Shown piece by piece: positions 9,755-19,398 of a stretch of DNA of 58,002 nt (its first letter is position 1; every line of letters starts with the position of its first letter). Made by a program: the position numbers and the translations under genes. The stretch lies in the IMG/VR virus record IMGVR_UViG_3300032322_001610, positions 1-58,002 of that record; one strand, 5' to 3'. The DNA is from a virus (lineage: Duplodnaviria; Caudoviricetes). The notes beneath the pieces were generated by a model. That model was not told the DNA's origin. It saw nothing but the letters and a program-made list of their open reading frames with translations, and did not search any database.

Positions 9755-10116
9755 CCGAAAAAACACCCGCTGAGATTATTCAGCCGACTAGGTATCACCT
9801 TCTCGTTGAGATTGTGAAAGCCCCCCGCGAGATCCGCGGCATTGCCATTCCTGACGAACGCGCCCGCCTCGAAGACCAGGCCTCCCAGATGGGGAAGGTG
9901 CTGTCGATGGGCCCGGATTGCTTCATGAACTTCGACGTTCACCCCCCGGTGCGCCGAGGAACCCCCGCCTGCAAGGTAGGCGATGTGGTGATGTTCCGTT
10001 CGTATACCGGAACCAAAGTCGCCCTGAGGTTTACGGATGGCGACTTCCGATTGATTGTGGACGATGCCATCGAAGGCGTCATTACGGACCCGGATCTGGT
10101 ACGGAGGGGTGAATAA
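9751..10116 (+). CDS. groES: Co-chaperonin GroES homologue
   Basis: IQP...LLV, GIAIPD, GKVLSMGPD, KVGDVVMF..YTGT, FRLIVDDAIEGVI. Confidence 0.88.
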   Translation: MTEKTPAEIIQPTRYHLLVEIVKAPREIRGIAIPDERARLEDQASQMGKVLSMGPDCFMNFDVHPPVRRGTPACKVGDVVMFRSYTGTKVALRFTDGDFRLIVDDAIEGVITDPDLVRRGE

Positions 10117-11066
10117 TGGACGAAGAGATACTCCTGGATGAAAACCTTGGCGAGGAAACCCCGCAAGAGGAAGTCGAGATTGAGATCGTTGACGAGACCC
10201 CGGAGGACCTGAAGCAGCCGGCCAAGGAGCGGACCAATAAGAGAGTCCCGGAGATGTCCTCCGAAGAGGAAGTCTCCCTCAGCGAGAAGGTACAGAAGCG
10301 AATCGCCCGGATGACCTACGAGGTCAACGAGCAGAAACGCAAGGCGGCCGAAGCAGACCGCCAACGGTTCGCCGCGATGAGGCTGGCGCAGTCGGCCATC
10401 GCCCACCAGAACGAACTCGCCAACCGCCTGAACTCACTTCAAACAGGGTTCAAGCAGGAAGCCATCGACCACCGCGTTGCGCGGCAGCAGGCAGTCCGCA
10501 ACGAGATCGCGAAGGCGAAAGAGACCGGCGACACCGAGAAAGAATCGCTTCTGATTCAGCAGATGGCCGAACTCGCCGCAGCGAAGACGGCGGTCGAGAA
10601 CTGGAACCCGCAGCAGCTCCAGCAGGTCGACGTTCCGATGGTGGCCGAGCCGCAGCCTGAGCAGCCAGAGCAACCGGAGATCGACGAAGAGGCGCTCTCG
10701 TGGGCGCAGCGAAACGCCGAGTGGCTGAACAAGGCACGCTCCTCGCCCGAGGCCGCAGCTTGCATGCAGTACGCCGTGAACTACCAGGCGGCGCTTGGCC
10801 GAGTGGGTCACGATGTGAACTCCCGTTTGTGTTACGATAAAATCGACGAAGAAATTCGTCGAAGATTCCCGGATGTCGTCGGCGCCGAAGCCCGAACATC
10901 CGCAACCAGCCCGAGGGTCTCTGCGGTGACCAACGCCTCTCGCGTAAATACCGCTGCACACGGCAAGCGTGTGATTCGACTGTCCCGCGATGAAGTGGCG
11001 GTCGCTGACGGATTGGGCATCTCCCACAAAGACTATTGGGAAATGCTGCAAAAGGGGAATCAATAA
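10116..11066 (+). CDS. Putative scaffolding protein
   Basis: Acidic N-terminus, coiled coil, C-terminal LSRDEVAVADGLGI; between portal and capsid. Confidence 0.65.
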   Translation: MDEEILLDENLGEETPQEEVEIEIVDETPEDLKQPAKERTNKRVPEMSSEEEVSLSEKVQKRIARMTYEVNEQKRKAAEADRQRFAAMRLAQSAIAHQNELANRLNSLQTGFKQEAIDHRVARQQAVRNEIAKAKETGDTEKESLLIQQMAELAAAKTAVENWNPQQLQQVDVPMVAEPQPEQPEQPEIDEEALSWAQRNAEWLNKARSSPEAAACMQYAVNYQAALGRVGHDVNSRLCYDKIDEEIRRRFPDVVGAEARTSATSPRVSAVTNASRVNTAAHGKRVIRLSRDEVAVADGLGISHKDYWEMLQKGNQ

Positions 11067-11542
11067 TGGAAACACCACGTCGCACACGCGCCGAAGAGAC
11101 CCGCGATTTCAAGTCGCGCACAGCGCAATGGGAACCTCCGTCCCACTTGCCGGAACCTGCTCACCGCGAGGGCTGGGTACACCGTTGGTGCGCTCACGCC
11201 GTCCAGGGTGAAACCCACGTCGTCAATATGAATAAGCGCCTCCAGGAGGGCTGGGTGCCAGTCCCCGCTGAAGAGTATCCCGAGGTTACCTCGCGGATCT
11301 TCGGCCATACCGGGAAGGGCAATATTGACTTCGGCGGTCAGACGCTGTGCCGGATGTCGTCGGAAATGATGGCGAGCCGCACGGCGTACTTCGAGCAGAA
11401 GAACCGGATCGAGTTGGCGGGGGTGAGAAATGATATCGCCGCCGCGAAGACAGATCCAAGATATGGACGGTTCACCGAAAATCGCATCGAGCAGACGGCC
11501 ACGAAAGGCCGGCAGGCTCTCGACTTCGGGACCGGCGAATAG
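11066..11542 (+). CDS. Head-module hypothetical protein
   Basis: WEPPS.LP.P...GW.HRW, EGW.PV motifs; TAATG overlap. Confidence 0.75.
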   Translation: METPRRTRAEETRDFKSRTAQWEPPSHLPEPAHREGWVHRWCAHAVQGETHVVNMNKRLQEGWVPVPAEEYPEVTSRIFGHTGKGNIDFGGQTLCRMSSEMMASRTAYFEQKNRIELAGVRNDIAAAKTDPRYGRFTENRIEQTATKGRQALDFGTGE

Positions 11543-11588
11543 TTGGATTCGTTTTCCTGAGCGGTGACCAACCACCAGGAGAATATCA

Positions 11589-12191
11589 ATGTCCGCTACT
11601 TCTACGCCCTACGGCCTGGAGCCGACTGTCCTGGCTGGCGGGAGCCCGAGTGGAGTTATCCGCTCGATCGTCCTGACCGCCAATGTCGCCACCGGCTTCT
11701 TCAACGGCGACATCGTCAACGTCGGGGCGGGGGTTGCCACCCCCGTCACCGCCACGCCGACGACCACCCGAAACAGCAGCACCCCTACCGGAATCTTCGT
11801 CGGGTGTACGTACTTCAACGACCAGAAGCAGTTCGTCACCGCGCAGTACTTCCCGGCGAACGGATACACCAGCTTCAACGCCAACGGCCCGATCACCCTG
11901 CTCATCGTGGATAGCCCCGATGTCCAGTTCAAGATTCAGGCCTCTGGCGCGGTGGCGTATACCGCCGTCGGCAAGAATGCCGCGCTGACCAACTTCTCGG
12001 CCGGGTCCACCGTGACCGGGAACAGCAAGGTACAGCTCGACCACTCTTCGGTTGCCACCACGAACACGCTCGGCGTGAAAATCATCGACATCGCTCCCCT
12101 CGTCGGCAATGCCGCGGGCGATGCCTTCACCGACGTCATCTGCGTGTGGAACCAGAACGTCCACTCGTATCGCAACATCCTGGGGGTCTAA
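11589..12191 (+). CDS. Putative capsid decoration/minor head protein
   Basis: T/A/G-rich, PYGL, GDIV, GIFVGC.Y; directly before major capsid. Confidence 0.7.
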   Translation: MSATSTPYGLEPTVLAGGSPSGVIRSIVLTANVATGFFNGDIVNVGAGVATPVTATPTTTRNSSTPTGIFVGCTYFNDQKQFVTAQYFPANGYTSFNANGPITLLIVDSPDVQFKIQASGAVAYTAVGKNAALTNFSAGSTVTGNSKVQLDHSSVATTNTLGVKIIDIAPLVGNAAGDAFTDVICVWNQNVHSYRNILGV

Positions 12192-12194
12192 GTC

Positions 12195-13103
12195 ATGGCT
12201 ATCACACGCGCACAACAACAGAAACAGCTTTTGCCTGGCCTGCACAAGGTCTGGGGCGACGAGTACAAGCAGTACCCGCCGCAGTGGTCCGAGATCTTCC
12301 AGCGGCAGACCTCCAAGCGCAGCTTCGAGGAAGAGCAGAAGATCTCGATGTTCGGCCTCGCCGCAGTGAAGAACGAAGGCGCGGGCATCACCTACGACAC
12401 CGCGCAGGAAGCGTTCACTGCCCGGTACACGCACACCACCTACGCCCTCGGGTTTGCGATTACCGAAGAAGCGATCGAGGACAATCTGTACATCCCGGTG
12501 GCCGGTCGCTACACCAAGGCCTTGGCTCGCTCCATGGCGCACACCCAGGAGATCGTGGCCGCTTCGATCCTGAACAACGGCTTCACCTCCGGCCTCGGTG
12601 GCGACGGCGTGGTTCTGTTCTCGACGTCTCACCCGCTGGTCAACGGCGGCACGAACCCCAACCGTCCCACGACCCCGGTGGATCTGAACGAAACTGCGCT
12701 TGACGCAGCCCGTATTCAGATCGCCAAGTGGACGGACGAGCGCGGTCTACTCATCCAGGCCCAGCCGACGAAGATGATCATCCCCGTCGAGTACGCTTGG
12801 ACTGCGGAGCGGTTGCTGAAGACGGTCCTCCGTCCCGGCACCTCGAACAACGACATCAACAGCATCGTCTCGACGAGCTTCCTCCCCGGTGGCTACGTCG
12901 TAAACAACCGTTTGACAGACCCGAATGCGTGGTTCCTGAAGACGGACGTTCCCGATGGCCTGAAGATGTTCGAGCGCGTCCCGGTGAAGTTCTCCGACGA
13001 CGGCGACTGGGAAACGGGCAACATGCGGTACAAGTCGCGCATGCGGTTCTCGGTCGGCTGGAGCGATCCCCTCGGTATCTGGGGCAGTTCCGGCGTCAAC
13101 TAA
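12195..13103 (+). CDS. Major capsid protein
   Basis: MAITRAQ..KQLLPGL, ALGFAITEEAIEDNLY, DP.AWFL, RFSVGWSDP; 302 aa. Confidence 0.9.
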   Translation: MAITRAQQQKQLLPGLHKVWGDEYKQYPPQWSEIFQRQTSKRSFEEEQKISMFGLAAVKNEGAGITYDTAQEAFTARYTHTTYALGFAITEEAIEDNLYIPVAGRYTKALARSMAHTQEIVAASILNNGFTSGLGGDGVVLFSTSHPLVNGGTNPNRPTTPVDLNETALDAARIQIAKWTDERGLLIQAQPTKMIIPVEYAWTAERLLKTVLRPGTSNNDINSIVSTSFLPGGYVVNNRLTDPNAWFLKTDVPDGLKMFERVPVKFSDDGDWETGNMRYKSRMRFSVGWSDPLGIWGSSGVN

Positions 13104-13110
13104 CCCACTC

Positions 13111-13134
13111 GCGGGGAGTCGCAAGGCTCCCCGC
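13111..13134 (+). terminator. GCAA-loop hairpin after capsid gene (no U tract)
   Basis: GCGGGGAGTC-GCAA-GGCTCCCCGC. Confidence 0.55.
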
Positions 13135-13151
13135 ATTATAAGGAGAATCAT

Positions 13152-13652
13152 ATGGCAATTTCCAATTGGAGTGGTCCGATTGCGACCGAAACTGGGGTGA
13201 TCGCGGAAGTCGAGAATGTAGCGAACGTCTCGTTGCCGTTGTCCGCGAAGGGCACTGGCGTCGTCGTGAATACGCAATCACTTCCGTATTTCAAGCTAGC
13301 GGTGGCGACGTTGGATACTGCGGCGGCGGTCACCTACACGGCGGCTCAGATCAAAGGCGGGCTGATCCTGCGCGACCCGAACGGCGCGGGGCGTGCCGAC
13401 TTGTTCCCGACTGCGGCAGACATCGTGGCGGAGCTTCCGAGTGCGTTCGTCGATCAGGCGTTCGTGGTCACGATCCGCAACACGGCTGATGCCGCCGAGA
13501 CGATCACCATGACCACGAACACCGGCCTCACCCTCAGCGGCACGATGACGATTACACAGAACCACCAGAAGTCGTTCCTGGTTCGCCTAACCAACGTCAC
13601 CGCGGGCTCTGAGGCGGTGACGATCTACTCGATGGGGACTGTGGTGTTCTAG
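13152..13652 (+). CDS. Putative virion protein
   Basis: SD AAGGAG; T/A/V-rich beta composition. Confidence 0.75.
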   Translation: MAISNWSGPIATETGVIAEVENVANVSLPLSAKGTGVVVNTQSLPYFKLAVATLDTAAAVTYTAAQIKGGLILRDPNGAGRADLFPTAADIVAELPSAFVDQAFVVTIRNTADAAETITMTTNTGLTLSGTMTITQNHQKSFLVRLTNVTAGSEAVTIYSMGTVVF

Positions 13653-13654
13653 CC

Positions 13655-13975
13655 ATGGCACGGCCCATCGTCCTTACCACGACGGGGGTATCCGCTTCGA
13701 GCGTATGCCCCCTCTGCTTCTACACAGAGAAATTCAACGTCAGCGTGAACACGGTCGTCACCGGTTCGGCAACGTACACTTTGCAGTTCACCGCGGATGA
13801 CCCGTTCGCGTCGACCTTCACGCCGGCATCAGCGAACTGGAAATCGCACCCGTCGATGACCGACGCAACTACGGGCGACATCGTGGAGTTCACTGCTCCC
13901 GTTCGGGCAGTGCGGATCAACCAGACGGTTGGCGCGGGCAGCGTCCGGGCGACCGTGATTCAAATGGATGTGTAG
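13655..13975 (+). CDS. Putative virion protein
   Basis: 106 aa, beta-rich, APVRAVRI motif. Confidence 0.75.
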   Translation: MARPIVLTTTGVSASSVCPLCFYTEKFNVSVNTVVTGSATYTLQFTADDPFASTFTPASANWKSHPSMTDATTGDIVEFTAPVRAVRINQTVGAGSVRATVIQMDV

Positions 13976-13976
13976 C

Positions 13977-15242
13977 ATGATGAGATACCTGCTTTTGCTT
14001 GCGGTCGCGGTAGCGGCCCACGGTCAGTTCGGCGCGGCTACGTCGGTGGTAAGTGGCAACGGAGCCCCCATCGCAGCCCAATGCACGAATGCGAACAACG
14101 TCGGGCGGGTCTGGGCGCGGAAGGACGGCGGGGCGGCCAGCACCACGTTTTACATCTGCGCGGCCACCGGGGCGGGAACGTATGGCTGGCAGTTGAATGA
14201 CGGTGCTATCGGCGGGGCGGGGAACATCGCCTCCGGCCAGGTCCTCTACGGCACTGCGGCGGGGGTGGCGGGGTCGGAGGCGGCGTTTACATATACCGGC
14301 ACGACGGCCAAGACCACGACGATTACCGGATCGGCATCGTCGAAGATTTTGGCAGTCGGCGGCAACCGAACTCTAGAGTTAAGTGCTTTCAATGGCGATG
14401 CTGCTTACGTCAACGCGCTTGGCGGAGCGATGAATCTTGGGACAGCAAATGCGTTTCCGGTCAATTTCGTAGTCGGGAATTCTGCTGTCGCCCGCTTCGC
14501 CGCCACCACCGGCAACCTCCTCCTCGGCACCACCACCGATGACGGGACGAATCGGTTGCAGGTGGCGGGGAGTGTGGCGGTAGGTGGGGCTGTTGCCAAC
14601 AACACCATCACAGTCACTCGAACTGGCCCGAACCCTTCGTCTCTCCAAGTAGGTGCTTTCACGGATAAGCCTACCTTCACGTTTAGCGGATCAGTTGCGC
14701 TTGCATTCGAGGTAAGTGGAGGTTCTAGGCTGGCATCTTTGAGCACGGCTGGAACTTTCCAGGTCTACAACGAAACCCCCACCACCGGCGTAACCCAGCT
14801 CATCGTCCGCGCCGGGGCGGGGCAGAGTACGACGAATTTGACGACGTGGCAGAATGCGGCGGGGACGGAGATTGCCAGCTTATCGAGCGCTGGCACGTTT
14901 AGTACCGCAGCATCTGTATCATCGACCAATGCGTGGTGGTTGTTAGACGCAAATGGATTAGTCCAACGCAGTGCTGGGCTTTTGCGATGGTCTAGCACGA
15001 CGTCCTTCAGCGGCGCTTCCGACCTCTCCCTCTCCCGCGCCGGAATAAATGTGTTGCAGGTGGGGGACGGGGGCGCGAATGCGAACGGAATCGTGAGCGC
15101 CGCTGGTTACCGCATGGCGCTGACCACGCCCGCCTCCGCGTCCGCGACCGGGACCACCGGAACGATTGTGTGGGACGCGGATTACGTCTACGTTTGCACC
15201 GCTACGAACACTTGGAAGCGGGTGGCAATCGCCACTTGGTAG
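13977..15242 (+). CDS. Fibre-like protein with N-terminal signal-peptide-like segment
   Basis: MMRYLLLLAVAVAAHG|Q; G/T/A-rich; C-terminal GTIVWDADYVYVCTATNTWKR. Confidence 0.75.
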   Translation: MMRYLLLLAVAVAAHGQFGAATSVVSGNGAPIAAQCTNANNVGRVWARKDGGAASTTFYICAATGAGTYGWQLNDGAIGGAGNIASGQVLYGTAAGVAGSEAAFTYTGTTAKTTTITGSASSKILAVGGNRTLELSAFNGDAAYVNALGGAMNLGTANAFPVNFVVGNSAVARFAATTGNLLLGTTTDDGTNRLQVAGSVAVGGAVANNTITVTRTGPNPSSLQVGAFTDKPTFTFSGSVALAFEVSGGSRLASLSTAGTFQVYNETPTTGVTQLIVRAGAGQSTTNLTTWQNAAGTEIASLSSAGTFSTAASVSSTNAWWLLDANGLVQRSAGLLRWSSTTSFSGASDLSLSRAGINVLQVGDGGANANGIVSAAGYRMALTTPASASATGTTGTIVWDADYVYVCTATNTWKRVAIATW

Positions 15243-15251
15243 CATGGTGGC

Positions 15252-15311
15252 ATGGACCCGATCATCATCATCATCATTGAGTTCTGCGCGTTTTTCGGCG
15301 TCGAACTCTAA
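15252..15311 (+). CDS. Putative 19-aa leaderless peptide MDPIIIIIIEFCAFFGVEL
   Basis: TG-n-TAGCAT ends 6 nt before ATG; five ATC plus one ATT codon. Confidence 0.4.
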   Translation: MDPIIIIIIEFCAFFGVEL

Positions 15312-15405
15312 CCGCAACCAAGCCCCGGTCATCGCTCGTGTCTGCCGGGGCAACCCGGAGTTAGCCGACCTGAGAAAAATCCTAGATAGGTCGCACTAGA
15401 GAGGA

Positions 15406-15951
15406 ATGGACATGAAACTCACCTTACAACGCGGAGATCTCCCCGCCTACGAAATCTCGATTCCCTCGGCGACCGTCGGCGTAGCTGACCACTACGCGCA
15501 GAGCATCGGCCTAGCGAACACGGAGCATCTCATGATGCGGATGCTGCTCGACAACCTGCTGGTTAGTGTGATCCTGCCTCGTGCGGAGTATGCCCCCGAA
15601 GTCGCCGCGCAGATCGCCGCGATGGAAGCGGATCTGGCGACGAAGAAGAAGCAGCTGGACGGGGCGCGGATCTCGCCGTTGCTGCCGACTCTTACGGTGG
15701 GCGGCAGTCCGATTACCCTGACGCAGATCGAAGCCGCTCTCGCAGCCGCACGGGCAGCAGCGCAGAATCCTCCCGCCCCGGTCCCCGCTCCCGCTCCCGA
15801 ACCGGAGCCCACGCCGGAGCCCACGCCCGCTCCCGAACCGGAACCGGAGCCCACGCCCACGCCCACGCCGGAGCCTGAGCCCACGCCTACGCCGGAGCCT
15901 GAGCCCACGCCGGAGCCTGAGCCGGAACCCACTCCCACCCCGGAACCCTAA
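15406..15951 (+). CDS. Hypothetical protein with Pro-Glu-Thr repeat tail
   Basis: 181 aa; (PEPT)n-like C-terminus. Confidence 0.75.
   Translation: MDMKLTLQRGDLPAYEISIPSATVGVADHYAQSIGLANTEHLMMRMLLDNLLVSVILPRAEYAPEVAAQIAAMEADLATKKKQLDGARISPLLPTLTVGGSPITLTQIEAALAAARAAAQNPPAPVPAPAPEPEPTPEPTPAPEPEPEPTPTPTPEPEPTPTPEPEPTPEPEPEPTPTPEP
15772..15948 (+). repeat. Coding tandem repeat encoding PEPTP units
   Basis: Repeated ccggagcccacg / ccggagcctgag. Confidence 0.85.
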
Positions 15952-16253
15952 TGTCCATCGAGTATCGTGGCCGCACCTTCCCCGGATACAACAAACCGAT
16001 CCAGTCGGATAACCCGGAGAAGAAAAAAATGGTCCTCGCCAAGGAGGGCGATCAGGTCAAGCTGATCCACTTCGGCGATGCGAGCATGGGCCACAACTAC
16101 AGCGCCGCAGCACGGAAGTCCTACCTCGCCCGCAGCGCGGGGATCAAGGGGAAGGACTCCAAGCTGTCGGCGAACTACTGGAGCCGCAAGGTCCTCTGGG
16201 CCGGCCCCGGAGGGAGCAAGAAGTCACCGCCAGGTGGCAGGGGGAAATACTGA
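15951..16253 (+). CDS. Small basic protein
   Basis: KLIHFGD, RKSYLAR, SANYWSRKVLW. Confidence 0.8.
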   Translation: MSIEYRGRTFPGYNKPIQSDNPEKKKMVLAKEGDQVKLIHFGDASMGHNYSAAARKSYLARSAGIKGKDSKLSANYWSRKVLWAGPGGSKKSPPGGRGKY

Positions 16254-16254
16254 C

Positions 16255-16404
16255 GTGAAAAAGGAAACGAAGGTCCGCAAGGTCATGCGCGAGTTCAAGG
16301 CAGGCAAGCTGAATTCCTCCTCCGGCTCGAAGGTCAAGAACCCCAAGCAGGCCATCGCCATCGCCCTGAGCGAGGCCGACCGGATGAAGAAGAAATCGAG
16401 GTAG
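16255..16404 (+). CDS. Small basic protein (DUF6496-like)
   Basis: KVMREFKAGKL.S..G.KV.NPKQAIAIALSEA. Confidence 0.75.
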   Translation: MKKETKVRKVMREFKAGKLNSSSGSKVKNPKQAIAIALSEADRMKKKSR

Positions 16405-16409
16405 TCGCC

Positions 16410-16784
16410 ATGGCGTACACCAACACCTCCCTTCGCGAACGTATCAAGGACGAAGTCATGGCGTCCAACAAGGGCGGCAAGCCGGGGCAGTGGAGCGCCC
16501 GCAAGGCGCAACTCTTGGCGCAGCGGTACCAGAACGCGGGAGGGGGATATCGCGCCGGAAAAACCTCCGCGCAAAAGAGCCTCAGCAAGTGGACGAAAGA
16601 AGACTGGGGAACCAAGAGCGGCAAGCCGTCCACGCAAGGCCCTGAGGCCACCGGAGAACGATACCTGCCGCGCCGCAAGCGCGAGGCCATGCCCGATAAG
16701 GAGTACGCAGCCACCACCCGCAAGAAGCGTGAGGATCTCGCCAAGGGGAAGCAGTTCTCGAAGCAGCCAGTCAAGAGGAAATAG
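16410..16784 (+). CDS. Small basic protein (DUF5872-like)
   Basis: GGKPGQWSARKAQ, YQNAGGGY, SLSKWTKEDW, ERYLP. Confidence 0.8.
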   Translation: MAYTNTSLRERIKDEVMASNKGGKPGQWSARKAQLLAQRYQNAGGGYRAGKTSAQKSLSKWTKEDWGTKSGKPSTQGPEATGERYLPRRKREAMPDKEYAATTRKKREDLAKGKQFSKQPVKRK

Positions 16785-16787
16785 CCC

Positions 16788-17477
16788 ATGCCCACATCTG
16801 GAGTCACCAGCTACAACCCGTCCATCGCCGAGATCATCGACGAGGCCTACGAACGCGCCGGCATCCAGACGATGACGGGCCACGAGTACATCACCGCCCG
16901 ACGGAGCCTCAACCTGCTCACGCTGGAGTGGGCCAACCGCGGTATCAACCTCTGGACGCTCGATGAGGAAACGCTCCCCCTTACCGCCGGGGTGTCCTCG
17001 TATACCCTGCCGACCGATACTGTGGACGTTCTGAGTGGCGAACTGCGCCTCTTCGCCGGAAACACGACGTTGCAGAGCGATTCCTCTATTGATCGGATCT
17101 CGTTCAACCAGTACGCCTCCCTGCCGAACAAGCTGGCCCCCGGCAGGCCGACGCAGTTCATGATCCATCGGGGCGTCGTGCAGCCGACGATCTACTTCTG
17201 GCTGGTGCCGGATCAGAGCAGCACCTATACGTTCTACTACTGGCGCATGCGGCGCATTCAGGACCCCGGCAGCGCGGTGAATACGGCAGACGTGCCCTTC
17301 CGCTTCGTCCCGGCGCTGATCTCCGGCCTTGCGTATCATCTCGCCGCCAAGCGCAAGGAGTCTATGGCGCTCGTCCCGACGCTGAAGGAACGCTACGACC
17401 AGGACTGGGACCTGGCAGCCGACGAAGACCGCGACCGCTCGCCGCTGCGAATCGTGCCGTACCGGAGCTACCGGTGA
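16788..17477 (+). CDS. Putative head-tail adaptor/tail tubular protein
   Basis: EAYERAG, ARRSLNLL..EWANRGINLW, P.RF.PAL..GLAY. Confidence 0.7.
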   Translation: MPTSGVTSYNPSIAEIIDEAYERAGIQTMTGHEYITARRSLNLLTLEWANRGINLWTLDEETLPLTAGVSSYTLPTDTVDVLSGELRLFAGNTTLQSDSSIDRISFNQYASLPNKLAPGRPTQFMIHRGVVQPTIYFWLVPDQSSTYTFYYWRMRRIQDPGSAVNTADVPFRFVPALISGLAYHLAAKRKESMALVPTLKERYDQDWDLAADEDRDRSPLRIVPYRSYR

Positions 17478-17788
17478 GCGGATACTCCAGCGGCCAGAAC
17501 TCGAATGCCTACTGCGATATCTGTGGGCGGCCGATAAAGTATCGCGAACTGCGCGATCACATATATAATCAAAAAAGGGATGGCCTCAAGGTCTGCTCCC
17601 AGTGCGATGACGAGGATAACCCACAACTCCAAGTCGGTCGCTTCTTCCGAGCAGAACCACAGGCCCTCTGGCAACCGAGACCGGACACGCCAGAACTCGC
17701 AACGTCCCGCGCATTTGCCCGCTGGAATCCAATTCTGAACCTGGTGATGGAAGTCACGCTGGGTCAGGTAGATGCGAGGTTGACATGA
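17474..17788 (+). CDS. Zn-ribbon-containing hypothetical protein
   Basis: CDICG ... VCSQC, PRPD. Confidence 0.7.
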   Translation: MSGYSSGQNSNAYCDICGRPIKYRELRDHIYNQKRDGLKVCSQCDDEDNPQLQVGRFFRAEPQALWQPRPDTPELATSRAFARWNPILNLVMEVTLGQVDARLT

Positions 17789-18285
17789 AGTTTCAAGGCA
17801 AAGTAGTCCGTAAACAACTCGGGGGCACGCTCCCGGCCAACGCCGCCGCCGATAGCGCGGCGCGGATCATGGGCGGTGTTCGATTCCCGAACGCGCCGAG
17901 TCTGGCCGGCATCCCCGGCGTCCCAATGAATACGCCCGCCCCCGGCATGTCGCAGAGCGCGGCGATCCCCGCTGCTCCTGCTACCGGAAGGCGTCGGCAA
18001 TCAACACAGGATCTGCTTCAGTCTGCCGTGATGGGCGGACTCGCTGGACTCGGCGGCAACGCTGGCATCACTGCCGGTCTTGCGATGCAGATCATACCGA
18101 TCTTGGCGGACCTGATGAAAAAAGGGTCCGCAAGTCCAAAGAAAAAAGGAGGTGGTCCAGTGAAAGGTCGAATGAAGAACGAGGTCGGGAAGAACGCAAT
18201 GCCCAAGCCTGCAAAGAAGGTCGCCGCGGCGAAGAAAGGCTACGCCAAAGGCGGCATGATGAAGATGAAGGGCAAGGCTTGCTAG
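17785..18285 (+). CDS. Basic low-complexity hypothetical protein
   Basis: 166 aa, K-rich end with YAKGG. Confidence 0.65.
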   Translation: MKFQGKVVRKQLGGTLPANAAADSAARIMGGVRFPNAPSLAGIPGVPMNTPAPGMSQSAAIPAAPATGRRRQSTQDLLQSAVMGGLAGLGGNAGITAGLAMQIIPILADLMKKGSASPKKKGGGPVKGRMKNEVGKNAMPKPAKKVAAAKKGYAKGGMMKMKGKAC

Positions 18286-18286
18286 G

Positions 18287-18940
18287 GTGACTTACGCTAC
18301 CCTGGTGCAGTTGATGAAGGACTACCTGGAAAACCAGGAAGCGTCCTTTGTCAGCAACATCCCGGACATCGTCAGACTGGTCGAGGAGCGGATCTATAAC
18401 ACGGTTCGCACCCCAGACCAGCGGCAGAGCGTGACGGGGACGACGGCAACGGCCACAATTACCACACCGGGTTCGTTCGTCGAACCACTGGGCCTGTACG
18501 TCAACTCCGTCCCGCTGCTGCCGAAAGCAGTCAGCTATATTCGCACAGCCTATAGTGGAATCACTGGGCCGCCTGAGGCATACGCGATGCTGAATGCCAT
18601 CGCCGACTCCCCCAATGCGAATGCCCCGGCAACGATCCTGATCGGGCCATCCCCCAGCACCACCTACTCCTACACGCTCGACTACGTTGGCGCTCCCACT
18701 TCGATCACCGTGGCTGCCAGCCCATCGCGGACAACGTGGCTTTCGGCGAACTTCTCGTCAGTGCTTCTGTACGGGTGCCTGGTCGAGGGCTACATCTACA
18801 ACAAGGGGCAGGCTGACATGATGGCCGAATACAAAGCGCAATACGAGGCAGGAATGAGGGAACTCAAGCGCAGCGCCGAGGGCCTGCTGCAACAGGACGA
18901 GTACCGGGATCGTCCGCTCGGCAGGGAGGTCACGCAGTAA
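18287..18940 (+). CDS. Putative adaptor/stopper protein
   Basis: MTYA.L....DY.EN, TWLS, LLYGCLVEGY. Confidence 0.7.
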   Translation: MTYATLVQLMKDYLENQEASFVSNIPDIVRLVEERIYNTVRTPDQRQSVTGTTATATITTPGSFVEPLGLYVNSVPLLPKAVSYIRTAYSGITGPPEAYAMLNAIADSPNANAPATILIGPSPSTTYSYTLDYVGAPTSITVAASPSRTTWLSANFSSVLLYGCLVEGYIYNKGQADMMAEYKAQYEAGMRELKRSAEGLLQQDEYRDRPLGREVTQ

Positions 18941-19398
18941 TGCCATTCACTGGCTCCTACGTCTGCACGTCGTTCTATACGGACCTGCTGAACGGCACAA
19001 TCAACTTCGGGATCAATCAGATCAAGCTAGCCCTGTACACCAACTCGGCTACGCTGAACGCCTCGACCACCGGGTACACCAGTTCTGGAGAAGTGGCTTC
19101 GGGTGGAGGCTACTCCACGAAAGGCGAGATCGTCACCGCCGCCGTGACGACGACCAACACGACGAATGGTCCGGTCGTCATCCTCGACTTCTCCGATGCG
19201 GTCTGGACCACGCCGACGTTCACGGCGCGGGGAGGGCTCCTCTACGATGAGACCGCGAGCGGCGACCCCGCTATCGCTGTCATCGACTTCGGGCTGGATA
19301 TCACCGGAAACGGCGTCAATAACTTAACCGTGTCCTTCCCGCCTCCAACGGCGAACGCGGGATACCTTGTCATTAAAACTGTCCTGAATAACCCATAA
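18940..19398 (+). CDS. Putative tail protein
   Basis: KLALYT, TARG.L.Y, AVIDFG. Confidence 0.7.
   Translation: MPFTGSYVCTSFYTDLLNGTINFGINQIKLALYTNSATLNASTTGYTSSGEVASGGGYSTKGEIVTAAVTTTNTTNGPVVILDFSDAVWTTPTFTARGGLLYDETASGDPAIAVIDFGLDITGNGVNNLTVSFPPPTANAGYLVIKTVLNNP

Noticed and set aside
11551-11561. GTTTTCCTGAG match to the 26-bp repeat
   Set aside because: Single 11-bp match, plausible by chance
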